Assembly (NCBI GenBank): GCA_947063675.1 | Contig: CAMSTM010000001.1 | Span: 1 to 62,900, forward strand | Direction of reading: 5' to 3' | Length of the DNA stretch: 62,900 nucleotides | From: an uncultured Lachnospiraceae bacterium | Lineage (GTDB): Bacteria; Bacillota; Clostridia; Lachnospirales; Lachnospiraceae | Shown: one piece after another, positions 1-9,061 of the stretch | Layout: each line of letters opens with the position of its first letter | Position numbering within the stretch: the stretch's first letter is position 1 | Notes under the pieces: generated by a model | The model's input: the letters and a program-made list of their open reading frames with translations, nothing else | Told to the model about the DNA's origin: nothing | Databases searched by the model: none | Made by a program: the position numbers and the translations under genes

Positions 1-166
1 AGTTCGGCAGGTAAGGCAAGCTCAAACTCACGAGCTACTCGCGCATCTTTTCGTTATCAAAAAGCCAGCAAATCATTCAGACGGATCTCAAGGATGGTTA
101 CTGCCGGCAAATTTCTGCATCCTTATCTTTTCACTTTTATGCCGGCAGGAAGAAAATTTTCATGGA

Positions 167-1339
167 TTATTCCGGCAGCAGACAGTCATCCTGCTCGTAC
201 TCTCTTATGGTCATCTCATAGATTTCCGATGTCCCGTATCCACTTGCATTTTCTTCTGTATTCTGGAAACTCAGGACTTCCACATTAATCTGATTTGGCA
301 GAAAGGTAATATGAAGCGTTCCCGCACCGCCAGAGCCGTCGTCCGTAAACTCGTAAAACAGTTCGCCGTTTTGAATTGTACCTGCAATATTCTCCACCGA
401 CGCAATCAGCCCCGTCGTTCCCTGTTCTGTAAAAAGAGTTCCGTAAAATTCATTGCCGTTGCTGATACTGCATGTCAGCCTGTTTCCGCTATCCGGCATC
501 GGATTCTCATATGCTGCAACATAGCCGGGGCCTACAGTCCAATTTCCCGTGTAGCTTTCATAATTTGTAAGGGGCTCGTTTCCATTTATCAGTTGAAGCA
601 GTCGTCTGACATCTTTCGCCAACACATTGCTTTCCCACGGAAGATAGCCGTTGACCTTATCGCTGAGTTCCCCGTTATAAGTAAAACAGTCGCCATAGTC
701 TTCATATATCCGCACCGCCACATGCGGTACTGCCCCCTGCGGTCCGATACCCGTCATATACTCCGGCCCTATGACTACGTCCTGTTTTCCATCCCCGTTT
801 GTATCCGTAAACAGGACAAACTTCACATCCCAATAATAACCATAACCACTGGTACGATTCTCACTGATATACGGAAACTGATACAGGATTTCTTCATCTT
901 TTGACAGATAGAAGGTCACATCCTCCAGCAAGTCTTTTTTCGAAGAATCGGGTTCGTAAGACAGAAACCTCACTTCTCCCCAGTCATTTAACTCTACCTG
1001 AAAAGACTGTTCCTCTATGATTCTGTCTGTATCCAACTCATTCTGTCCCCGGTCATCGGGCTCTTCTTCTGATAGCCGCTCCGTCTCTTTCAATTGGGCC
1101 GTCCGTTCCGGCAGCCCCGATTGTTCCGATTCCTCCGATTGTTCCGATTCCTCCGATTGTTCCGGCAGTATCTCGTCTGCTGTGCTTTCCTCTTTTATAT
1201 TCTGCTGTAATTGTAAAGCGGTGTCAGAGTCTGCCTGTTTTGGTATTCCCTGCCCTTTACAACCCACAAGCAGCAGGAGCGCCGCCGCAACTCCCAATAT
1301 GGACGCGCCTTCCGCTTTTTTCCTGTCCTTTATTTTCAT
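167..1339 (-). CDS. Putative lipoprotein, function unknown
   Basis: Start reassigned to MKIKDRKK (ATG at 1339, purine-rich RBS). Basic N-terminus, hydrophobic stretch and lipobox-like LVGC, then an acidic linker and a DTNGDGKQD Ca-binding-like motif. Confidence 0.7.
   Translation of the reverse strand: MKIKDRKKAEGASILGVAAALLLLVGCKGQGIPKQADSDTALQLQQNIKEESTADEILPEQSEESEQSEESEQSGLPERTAQLKETERLSEEEPDDRGQNELDTDRIIEEQSFQVELNDWGEVRFLSYEPDSSKKDLLEDVTFYLSKDEEILYQFPYISENRTSGYGYYWDVKFVLFTDTNGDGKQDVVIGPEYMTGIGPQGAVPHVAVRIYEDYGDCFTYNGELSDKVNGYLPWESNVLAKDVRRLLQLINGNEPLTNYESYTGNWTVGPGYVAAYENPMPDSGNRLTCSISNGNEFYGTLFTEQGTTGLIASVENIAGTIQNGELFYEFTDDGSGGAGTLHITFLPNQINVEVLSFQNTEENASGYGTSEIYEMTIREYEQDDCLLPE
1117..1164. 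repeat. 18-bp tandem repeat (about 2.7 copies) encoding the SEESEQ linker
   Basis: CCGATTGTTCCGATTCCT at 1117 and 1135, partial copy at 1153. Confidence 0.9.
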
Positions 1340-1439
1340 TTCTTTCCCTTTTTCACGGCCTTTCCACACAGTATCATTCCTTATCTGGTTAGTATAATGT
1401 CTTTTCCCATGAATGTCCATTGATATATTGAATAACCTG

Positions 1440-1483
1440 TCTGTGACTTTGTCACTGAATGGAAAGGTTTTTTCCTGTATACT
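1440..1483 (+). promoter_or_regulatory. Candidate Crp/Fnr-family operator plus -10 element for the ferredoxin operon
   Basis: Inverted repeat TCTGTGAC-TTT-GTCACTGA (1440-1458) and TATACT at 1478-1483, with no canonical -35. Confidence 0.6.
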
Positions 1484-1510
1484 GGAAGAAAAATACAAAG
1501 GAGTTTTATC

Positions 1511-1705
1511 ATGGCTAAAAGAAAGGCGGTTGTAAGTACAAAGGAATGCGTTGCCTGCGGATGCTGCATGAAAGTCTGCCCCAGAAGCGCAATCACCGTT
1601 CCAAAAGGCGTCTTCGCCGAAATAAACAGGGAGCTGTGCGTGGGGTGCGGCCTGTGCGCCAGAGAATGCCCCGCAAGCGTTATCACACTGGAGGTGGCTG
1701 AATAA
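1511..1705 (+). CDS. 2x[4Fe-4S] ferredoxin
   Basis: Two CxxCxxCxxxCP motifs; AGGAG RBS. Confidence 0.9.
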   Translation: MAKRKAVVSTKECVACGCCMKVCPRSAITVPKGVFAEINRELCVGCGLCARECPASVITLEVAE

Positions 1706-2277
1706 TGAAAACAAAAAAGAAATGGTATGATTACCTTTGGATTGCTTCGCTTTCCTACCTTATCCTTGGTTTTTTCAATATCCTTTTTGCGTGGCTTGGG
1801 CTTTTGTGCTTTTTTATACCGCTTCTTATCGCAATCATAAAGGGCAATAAGGCTTATTGCAACAGATACTGCGGCAGAGGACAGCTCTTTTCTCTGGTGG
1901 GCGGCCGTTTCGGGCTCTCCCGGAAAAAGGATGTTCCGAAATGGATGAAGTCAAAATACTTCCGTTACGGGTTTTTGATTTTCTTTTTTGCTATGTTTTT
2001 CCTGATGCTGTGGAACACCTGGCTGGTATTTGCCGGAACCAGGGATTTGCGAACGGCGGTAACTCTGCTGTGGACTTTCAGGCTTCCATGGCACTGGGCC
2101 TACCACGGCACGTTTTTTTCCGACGGCGTCGCGCAGTTCGCCTTCGGTTTTTACAGTGTGATGCTCACCTCCACCGTGCTTGGATTTCTCACTATGATTT
2201 TATTCAAGCCCCGTTCCTGGTGCGTGTACTGCCCCATGGGAACCATGACCCAGCTCATATGCCGGATTAAAGGGTAA
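1705..2277 (+). CDS. Membrane 4Fe-4S-binding protein (Fer4_5 / NapH-like)
   Basis: Hydrophobic helices with YCNRYCGRG and WCVYCPMG motifs; TAATG overlap with the ferredoxin. Confidence 0.8.
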   Translation: MKTKKKWYDYLWIASLSYLILGFFNILFAWLGLLCFFIPLLIAIIKGNKAYCNRYCGRGQLFSLVGGRFGLSRKKDVPKWMKSKYFRYGFLIFFFAMFFLMLWNTWLVFAGTRDLRTAVTLLWTFRLPWHWAYHGTFFSDGVAQFAFGFYSVMLTSTVLGFLTMILFKPRSWCVYCPMGTMTQLICRIKG

Positions 2278-2929
2278 GCTGGCGGAGCCGTTTCTTATCG
2301 AGGATGGTAACGCCGCCTCTTGAAACCTCCACAATCCCCTCTCCGGCAAAATATTTCAGCATTCTGGATACCACCTCACGGGCGGAACCCATATACCGGG
2401 CAATCTGCCCGTGGGTCAGCGTGATGGTATCTAAGCCTGTTCTTGCCGACTCGTCGGAGAGAAAAATAGCAAGGCGCCTGTCCATGCTCATGAACAGTAT
2501 CTGCTGCATCACCCACATCACATCGGAAAAACGGCTCACCGCCGTTTCGAGGGCAAATATTCTGACAGCCGGATTACGCTCCGAAACCGCCGCAAAGGCC
2601 GGTCCGCTGATTACAAAGCATTCTGTCTCCTCCTCCGCGTCTATAAACACGTCAAATGTAATGGCGCTTATCACGCAGAAGGCGGAGAGCATACACATGT
2701 CGCCCCTGTGCAGGCGGTAAAGGGTGATATCCTTTCCCTCGTCCGACATCATATATAGCCGCAGACTCCCCGAACGCACGAAAATCACTCCGGAGCATTC
2801 GCTGCCGTCGTGGATATTTTTCCCCGGCGGATAGGTGAGCGCGCAGGAATTCTCACAGATATATTCCCGCTCCGCATCCGGTATCTTCTCCCAAAAGGGA
2901 AATATTTCTTTATAAACAGTTTCGAACAT
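2267..2929 (-). CDS. Crp/Fnr family transcriptional regulator
   Basis: cNMP-binding barrel (SGSLRLY..GKDITLY) and C-terminal HTH LTHGQIARYMGSAREVVSRML. Start taken at MFETVY. Confidence 0.9.
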   Translation of the reverse strand: MFETVYKEIFPFWEKIPDAEREYICENSCALTYPPGKNIHDGSECSGVIFVRSGSLRLYMMSDEGKDITLYRLHRGDMCMLSAFCVISAITFDVFIDAEEETECFVISGPAFAAVSERNPAVRIFALETAVSRFSDVMWVMQQILFMSMDRRLAIFLSDESARTGLDTITLTHGQIARYMGSAREVVSRMLKYFAGEGIVEVSRGGVTILDKKRLRQLTL

Positions 2930-2949
2930 AATTTTCTCTCTCTTAAAAT

Positions 2950-3828
2950 TCACAGACAACGCCACAGCAGCATACTGTCCTCAAAGGCGGCAGTCAGCTT
3001 CCCGCCGTCTTTCAGCCATGAGAGGTAAGACCTCACTGTGCTGCCCACCAGCACATACTGTTCAAAATTCATGGAAAGACCGTAGCTTCTGAACACTTCC
3101 TGCAAAATTTTTTCAAAGCATACCGGTTCCCTGCAGATGGATAAAATTCTTTCCGCCACCTCGTATACTTTATTTCTGTTATAACGGACAAGTTCCCCGA
3201 CCTCGGCCGAAGCCGCCGCATGAGACGGAACAAACATTGCCGCTTCCATTTTTTCCACCTTATCCAGCGTTTCCAGATAAGCGCCCACATCATAAATAAA
3301 GGAGACGGCATATTTTTCCAGCGTTTCCCTGCTGCTGATGCAGTCTGCAAGGAATACCACGCCGTCCGGCGTGCAAAAGCCCGTCATATCAAAGAAATGT
3401 CCCGGCAGCGGAATTACCTTGATTTCCTCCGGGAAGCCATCCCCGGAAAAATCCAATACCTCGCTTTCCTGCGCCATCAGGAACTTGTGGCGAAGCTCTT
3501 TACATGGAAAGCCGCCGTAGAGGAAAGAGGGTTCCAGCACCGGATATTTTGTAAAGGCCGCCTCAATGCCGCCGCAGTAAATCCGGCATCCGGTCTGTCC
3601 CTGAAGGTACTTGTTGCCGCCGATGTGGTCCGCGTTGGAATGGGTGTTCAGTATGGCCGCAAGATGCCAACCGTTTTTATCCAGAATCTGCCGTACCTTC
3701 CGCCCTGCGTCCTTATCGCTTCCGCTGTCAATCAGATAAACATGATTCCCCTCTGAAACATAAATTCCTATTTTTGCCGGACAGTTGATATAATAACATC
3801 TCTCACTGACCTGTACCAGTTCATACAT
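2950..3828 (-). CDS. Metallo-beta-lactamase fold hydrolase
   Basis: LIDSG, THSNADHIGG, PGH, ADC and PSH motifs; GGAGG upstream of MYELVQ. Confidence 0.85.
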   Translation of the reverse strand: MYELVQVSERCYYINCPAKIGIYVSEGNHVYLIDSGSDKDAGRKVRQILDKNGWHLAAILNTHSNADHIGGNKYLQGQTGCRIYCGGIEAAFTKYPVLEPSFLYGGFPCKELRHKFLMAQESEVLDFSGDGFPEEIKVIPLPGHFFDMTGFCTPDGVVFLADCISSRETLEKYAVSFIYDVGAYLETLDKVEKMEAAMFVPSHAAASAEVGELVRYNRNKVYEVAERILSICREPVCFEKILQEVFRSYGLSMNFEQYVLVGSTVRSYLSWLKDGGKLTAAFEDSMLLWRCL

Positions 3829-3857
3829 TTTCTCTGTGTCCTCCATTTATACATTCA

Positions 3858-3948
3858 ACACCCCTGCAGCAGAGCTGCGGGGTATGTGCCCCTCGCGGCA
3901 GCCGCCAAATGTCTGCAAGCAGCCACCTGGCTCGTTGCTCGCGGGAAT
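3858..3948. repeat. GC-rich double-hairpin intergenic element (REP/MITE-like)
   Basis: Hairpin ACCCC(T)GCAGC-AGA-GCTGCGGGGT, then a long imperfect stem CCCTCGCGGCAGC..GCCA..CTGC-AA-GCAG..TGGC..GTTGCTCGCGGG. Confidence 0.55.
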
Positions 3949-3964
3949 CAGTTTAATGCTTTTA

Positions 3965-4447
3965 CTACCTTAACGTGATATCTGCCAAATCAAATTTCAA
4001 AATCTTTTTCAGCTCATCCAGAGACGTTTCCACCTGCCAGCCTATTTTGCCGCCGCTGAAAAGAATCGTGTCAAAGCCTTCCGCCGATGTGTCAATCACC
4101 GTTTTAAACTGCTTTTTCATCCCGACCGGCGAACAGCCGCCGTGAATGTAGCCCGTCAGTCCCAGCAAATCCTTTGACTTAATCATGCTGATACTCTTTT
4201 CCCCCACAACCTTCGCCGCTTTCTTTAAATCCAGCTCCTTGTCACAGGGAAGCACAAAAACATAATTGATGTTTGACCCACCCGCCGTTACCAGTGTTTT
4301 GAACACCTGCGCCGGATTCTGGTGCAGCACCTGCGCAACCTCCCTGCCGCTGACAACGCCGGTATCCACATAGCAATGACTGACATAATCCACTTTTTTC
4401 TGCTCTAACAGTCTCATAACATTTGTTTTTTCTGTATTCTTTTTCAA
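3965..4447 (-). CDS. ybaK: Cys-tRNA(Pro) deacylase YbaK
   Basis: KTNVMRLL, VFKTLV, TGYIHGGCSPVG and SGGKIG motifs. Confidence 0.9.
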   Translation of the reverse strand: MKKNTEKTNVMRLLEQKKVDYVSHCYVDTGVVSGREVAQVLHQNPAQVFKTLVTAGGSNINYVFVLPCDKELDLKKAAKVVGEKSISMIKSKDLLGLTGYIHGGCSPVGMKKQFKTVIDTSAEGFDTILFSGGKIGWQVETSLDELKKILKFDLADITLR

Positions 4448-4554
4448 ATTTTCATCCTGCCTTTTTGATTATCTGTAAAATGCAAACGCGCAAAGCAGCG
4501 CCAATATCAGCTGTTTTATATCTGTTTTCTGTTTTTCGCTCCGTGTAAGACGTA

Positions 4555-4583
4555 ATTATATCATAAATATATCTGTTTTTCAA
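4555..4583 (-). promoter_or_regulatory. SigA promoter for ybaK
   Basis: Minus strand TTGAAA-N17-TATAAT with extended TG. Confidence 0.65.
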
Positions 4584-4623
4584 CAATAATATGTGTTTGC
4601 CCACAATTCTGTCCATTTTGCTG

Positions 4624-4670
4624 TTGACAAAACGCCGCCTGTGGCGTATGTTATAAATGAACATGTTCAT
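4624..4670 (+). promoter_or_regulatory. SigA promoter with TetR-type palindromic operator
   Basis: TTGACA-N17-TATGTT, followed by the perfect palindrome ATGAACATGTTCAT (4657-4670). Confidence 0.75.
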
Positions 4671-4695
4671 AAATGCATTGCAGAAGGAGGTTCCA

Positions 4696-5250
4696 ATGAG
4701 AAAAAAAGACGATACTCTGCGCGATACGCTGATAAAGCTTGCCCGCAGCATTGCGGACACGGACGGAATCGACGCCGTCAATATCCGTACTATCGCCCAA
4801 AGAGCCGGCATCGCCACCGGAACCATGTATAATTACTTTTCAAGCAAAGAGGAAATTTTGCTGGCATTGACAGAAGAATACTGGATGCAGACATTGCCTG
4901 AAATGAATGCGGCAATAACCGCCGGCTCCTTTTGCGGACAGCTGAAAGAAATTTTCGTTTTTCTTAAAGAAAGGATTGACCAGTCTGCCGGAAAGCTTAT
5001 GAACAGTCTCGGCGGGCTGGAAGCATTGGGGCAGCTGCGAATGGCTTCCATGCAATCCGTACTGGAAGCGTCTTTGCTTCAAAGCATGGAAAAGGATGCC
5101 GCAATACGTGAGGATATCTGGAACGAGCAGTTTACAAGACAGCAATTCGCACGTTTTGTTATGAGGAACCTGATAATGCTGCTGAAGGCAAAATCGCCGA
5201 CGGAAGACCTTGATTTTTTTATTGCAATTATTAAAAACACGATTTATTAA
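4696..5250 (+). CDS. TetR/AcrR family regulator
   Basis: N-terminal HTH IRTIAQRAGIATGTMYNYFSSKEEI; AGGAGG RBS. Confidence 0.9.
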   Translation: MRKKDDTLRDTLIKLARSIADTDGIDAVNIRTIAQRAGIATGTMYNYFSSKEEILLALTEEYWMQTLPEMNAAITAGSFCGQLKEIFVFLKERIDQSAGKLMNSLGGLEALGQLRMASMQSVLEASLLQSMEKDAAIREDIWNEQFTRQQFARFVMRNLIMLLKAKSPTEDLDFFIAIIKNTIY

Positions 5251-5267
5251 GTGAAAGGAGAAAAGCT

Positions 5268-5951
5268 ATGCCACAAGCTATGCCACAGGCAATCGCAGAA
5301 ACTGTTTTTGACATTTTTTATCTCGGCTTTGCTGTCATTACCGGACTTACCATGCTCATAAGGGGGAAGACCCCTCTGGTGCGAAAAGCCGGAGCCATGG
5401 CCGCGCTCCTTGGCGGAGGAGATTCCTTCCATTTGATTCCCCGCGTTTATGCGCTCTGGACCACCGGCCTTGAGGACAATGCGGCGGCGCTGGGAATCGG
5501 GAAATTTATCACATCTATTACCATGACCGTTTTTTATCTGATACTTTACTATATCTGGCGCGAGCGCTATCAGATAAAAGACCGGAAGGGCCTTACCGGA
5601 ACCATGTGGGTGCTGTCCGCAATTCGGATTGCGCTTTGCCTGCTTCCCCAAAATCAGTGGCTTGTTTACCGCCAGCCCCTTCTGTACGGAATTTTGCGCA
5701 ATATCCCCTTTGCCGTCATGGGAGTTATCATTATTGCCATCTTTTTGCAGGAAGTCCGTAAATCCGATGACAGAGTATTTCGATTCATGCCCCTTGCTGT
5801 GGCGCTGTCCTTTGGCTTTTATCTGCCCGTCGTTCTGTTTAGCGGACTCTTTCCTTTAATCGGTATGCTGATGATTCCCAAAACACTTGCCTATGTCTGG
5901 GTTGTTCTGATGTGCCGGAAGCTCTACAAAACGCCGCAAAAACAAATGTGA
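5268..5951 (+). CDS. Integral membrane protein, unknown function
   Basis: About 7 hydrophobic segments and a GDSFHLIPR motif; AAGGAG RBS. Confidence 0.75.
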   Translation: MPQAMPQAIAETVFDIFYLGFAVITGLTMLIRGKTPLVRKAGAMAALLGGGDSFHLIPRVYALWTTGLEDNAAALGIGKFITSITMTVFYLILYYIWRERYQIKDRKGLTGTMWVLSAIRIALCLLPQNQWLVYRQPLLYGILRNIPFAVMGVIIIAIFLQEVRKSDDRVFRFMPLAVALSFGFYLPVVLFSGLFPLIGMLMIPKTLAYVWVVLMCRKLYKTPQKQM

Positions 5952-5974
5952 AATACATAGAGGAGGAAAACACA

Positions 5975-6394
5975 ATGATAAAACGTTATGCAAATACGGC
6001 TCTGGTGTATGCCGCCGCTGCCATGATTTCCGGAGTCTTTTACAGGGAGTATACGAAGTTCAGCCACTTTACGGGCAAAACAAATCTGTCCGTTATGCAC
6101 ACACATTATTTTTTATTGGGTATGTTCTTTTTCCTTATACTCATGCTTCTCGAAAAATCATTTTCTTTTTCAGGAAAAAATACAGGAAAAGTCCTCATTG
6201 TCTACCATCTGGGTTTAAATATTTCCGCCCTCGGCTTTCTTATGAGAGGATTGACGCAGGTATGGGGCACGAAGCTGAGCGCCGGGATGGACGCTTCTAT
6301 TTCGGGAATTGCCGGAATCGGCCATATCTTAACAGGTATCGGCATTATTCTTCTGCTGTTGAAAATCAGAAATATTGATATTACGAAGAAATGA
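5975..6394 (+). CDS. DUF2871 family membrane protein
   Basis: GVFYREYTK, HTH and GIAGIGH motifs; GGAGG RBS. Confidence 0.75.
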   Translation: MIKRYANTALVYAAAAMISGVFYREYTKFSHFTGKTNLSVMHTHYFLLGMFFFLILMLLEKSFSFSGKNTGKVLIVYHLGLNISALGFLMRGLTQVWGTKLSAGMDASISGIAGIGHILTGIGIILLLLKIRNIDITKK

Positions 6395-6459
6395 CAGACA
6401 TTGCGAATGTGCTTGTAGAAGCTCTTATATAATATCTGCTAAATCAGGGGGCAGCCGGC

Positions 6460-7320
6460 TTAAGGGCCGCCCTCTTTATCTGAACACCCATCGCAGAACT
6501 CCAGAATCCGCCCCATCAGCTCCTTGTCAAATTCATAGCACCTGTCTTTATCCAGATTTTTCTCCATAAACGCCGCCTTCAGTTCAGCGCTGTACTCCCC
6601 GCCGTTCGCCTCCACATAGGCAGTATAATCCTCATTTAACTTTTCCCTGTAGCTTTTTACTTCTTCTGAGTAATAGACATAATTGTGTCCTCTGTCCGCA
6701 TATTCAATGAAACAAAAACAGGGATTACCGCCATACGCATCGTAAAATTTATCATAACCGTTTTCGGGTCTGACAGTTTCGTCGTCCCGGCTTTGAATAA
6801 CCATAATGCCCGCATTTGTACCGGCAAAGCCTTCGATTGCGCTGTATGAGGCATATTCCCCGAATTTTAACCGTTCATACAAAGAAAACCAGGGCATAAA
6901 CGGCTTGATTCCAAAGCCTATCATGGACTCGCCCTGCTGCTCGAACAAATCGGCGGAACGGTTAAATCCGGCGACAATCACCGCCGCCCTTACGTCAGGA
7001 TGACAGTTCAGCACGCTGCCGACGCTGTAGCCTCCCCAGCTATGCCCGAACAGCACGACAGGCAAATCCTTATATTCATCAGATTGTTTTATGTAACGCA
7101 GAGCATAATCCAAATCAATGACTCCCTGAGGCAGACCCTCCACCGAATCCCCCTCGCTCTTATCGTTTCCGGTTGCGTCATAGGCAAAGGCAAGATATCC
7201 GTTAGATGTAAAATAATCGGCAACATCCATATAGGTATTCTGCCCGCTGTCAGACGGAAAAGTGCATTCCTCCACTTTCAGCCCGTCAAAATCGCTCACG
7301 GAACAGGCCATCCATTCCGC
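6460..7320 (-). pseudogene. Alpha/beta hydrolase, N-terminally truncated and internally deleted
   Basis: GHSWG nucleophile, DD acid and GH histidine are present. There is no RBS/start or N-terminal anchor, and the HG oxyanion-hole strand is absent between FPSDSGQ and NTYMD. Confidence 0.6.
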
Positions 7321-7759
7321 ATTTCCTTCCGGCAAGAATATTTTTTTCCGTGTCGTCTACGAAAAAGCATTCCCTGGGATTCAATGAAAATTTCCCGAAC
7401 AGCCTGCCGAAAATTTTTTTATCCGGTTTCATCATCTTCTCAACTGCCGATATCACAAAACCGTCAAAATATCCTCCCACTTCCGACCTTTTCATATATT
7501 CATAAAACTGGATATTCGTATTTGAAAGCCCATACACCCCAAACCCTTTCCCCTTTAATTCTCTGATGAAAGAGCAAACCTCCTGATAGAATTCTACCTG
7601 TTCGAACCAGGAATCCATGATTTCCTTTACCTGACTTTCCAGATTTTCCGGCGCTTTCTCTTTAAATATCTCCTCTGCCTGCTGTGCGTTTATGATTCCC
7701 TCATCTAATTGCAGCCATTCTTCCGATACAAAATTCCACGGTCTTCCCGCCAGAGACAT
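7286..7759 (-). pseudogene. HAD-family phosphatase fragment
   Basis: Motifs II-IV present (LSN, KPD, FVDD..N). Motif I (DxxxV) is missing and the C-terminus runs into the hydrolase frame. Confidence 0.65.
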
Positions 7760-7776
7760 TGTTACACAGGGGCTAT

Positions 7777-8469
7777 TTACATAAAAGCCGCAAACACCGA
7801 AGCCAGAATCACAGTCAAAATTCCCGCCACGGCAATAGAGAGACTGCTCATAGCGCCTTCCACTTCCCCCAACTCAATGGCTTTCGCCGTGCCGATTGCA
7901 TGAGCCGAAGCTCCAAGGGCAAGCCCCTTTGAAACGGGCTCCGTAATATGAAATATCCTGAAAATCAGTTCCCCGAAGATATTTCCCAAAACTCCGGTGA
8001 TGACAATCACCGCCACCGTAATTGTCACATAGCCGCCCAGTTCCTCGGATACTCCCATACCGATTGCGGTCGTAATCGACTTGGGCAGCAATGTAACATA
8101 TTCCTGATGGGACAGCCCCATCAACCGGGAAAGCAGAAAAACCCCGCAAAGGCTTGCCAGAACCCCGGAAGTAATTCCGGCGGCCACCGCTTTCAGATTA
8201 TCCTTTAAAAGCTGCCACTGTTCATACAGCGGAATCGCAAGACACACCGTTGCCGGCGTCAGAAGCCAGCTTAAAAAAGCCGCGCCCCGGCTGTAAGTTT
8301 CATAATCAATTCCGGCGCATACAAGGGTTAGAATTGTAAAAACAATCGACAGTAATAAGGGATTGAAAATCCCCAATTTGAATTTCTTTTTTAATGCCGT
8401 CCCAATAAAATAGGACAGCAGGCTGACCGTGACGCCTGCAAATACAGACGTCTCAAATAACTCCTTCAT
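7777..8469 (-). CDS. lrgB: LrgB/CidB family membrane protein
   Basis: PATVCLAIPLY, PKSITTAIG and AHAIGTA motifs. Confidence 0.9.
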   Translation of the reverse strand: MKELFETSVFAGVTVSLLSYFIGTALKKKFKLGIFNPLLLSIVFTILTLVCAGIDYETYSRGAAFLSWLLTPATVCLAIPLYEQWQLLKDNLKAVAAGITSGVLASLCGVFLLSRLMGLSHQEYVTLLPKSITTAIGMGVSEELGGYVTITVAVIVITGVLGNIFGELIFRIFHITEPVSKGLALGASAHAIGTAKAIELGEVEGAMSSLSIAVAGILTVILASVFAAFM

Positions 8470-8523
8470 ATCTGTTTTCTCCTCTTCCGCACCGCCTGCA
8501 TACAGTATCCGGCAGCGCCTTCC

Positions 8524-8883
8524 TCAACAATTCTTCCCTCTCTCTCTCCGAATCAGCCGCTGGGAAATTCTGCCCGTAACCGCCATCACTATCACCAGCA
8601 CCGCCACGGTAATGATGCTTACCGGTACAAGCACCGGTTTTAAGGTTCCCCAGGACGCCATCAGTCCCACTCCCGCCGGAATAAACATCACCGGCATAAT
8701 TTCAATCAGAAATTTCCCGGTTTCCTTCACCGCCTCCAGCCGAATCCTGCCGGTAAGCAGACCGATAAACAAAATCACCATCCCGTAAATACTTGCCGGT
8801 ATGGGAAAGGGAAGAAAATACTTAAGTACTTCCCCCGCAAATGAAATTGACAAAATAAGTAAAAGCTGACGTAAATATTTCAT
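8524..8883 (-). CDS. CidA/LrgA family holin-like protein
   Basis: PIPASIYGM and FIPAGVG motifs; directly upstream of lrgB. Confidence 0.9.
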   Translation of the reverse strand: MKYLRQLLLILSISFAGEVLKYFLPFPIPASIYGMVILFIGLLTGRIRLEAVKETGKFLIEIMPVMFIPAGVGLMASWGTLKPVLVPVSIITVAVLVIVMAVTGRISQRLIRRERGKNC

Positions 8884-9061
8884 TTCTCCTCTTTTCCGCG
8901 CTGAGCCCTGCTATAAAAAGCAGTCAGCAAATGTAATCTACTCACCATTTTAGTCCTATAAAAAACTTTGTCAATGCATATGCGGCTATGTTAAAATAGT
9001 GCAGTCGGAACCCAAATGATTTCACCTGCTCTACCCGCAGCCGAAAGGAACTACAGAAATT

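Noticed and set aside
1340-1714. N-terminal 125 aa of the 515-aa ORF
   Set aside because: It is the antisense of the ferredoxin gene and its promoter; the signal peptide and RBS point to a start at 1339.
5268-5291. MPQA-MPQA 12-bp duplication at the gene start
   Set aside because: Trivial duplication that only makes the start codon ambiguous.
7777-8883. cidA/lrgB as a phage lysis cassette
   Set aside because: Ordinary chromosomal pair with no endolysin or phage genes nearby.
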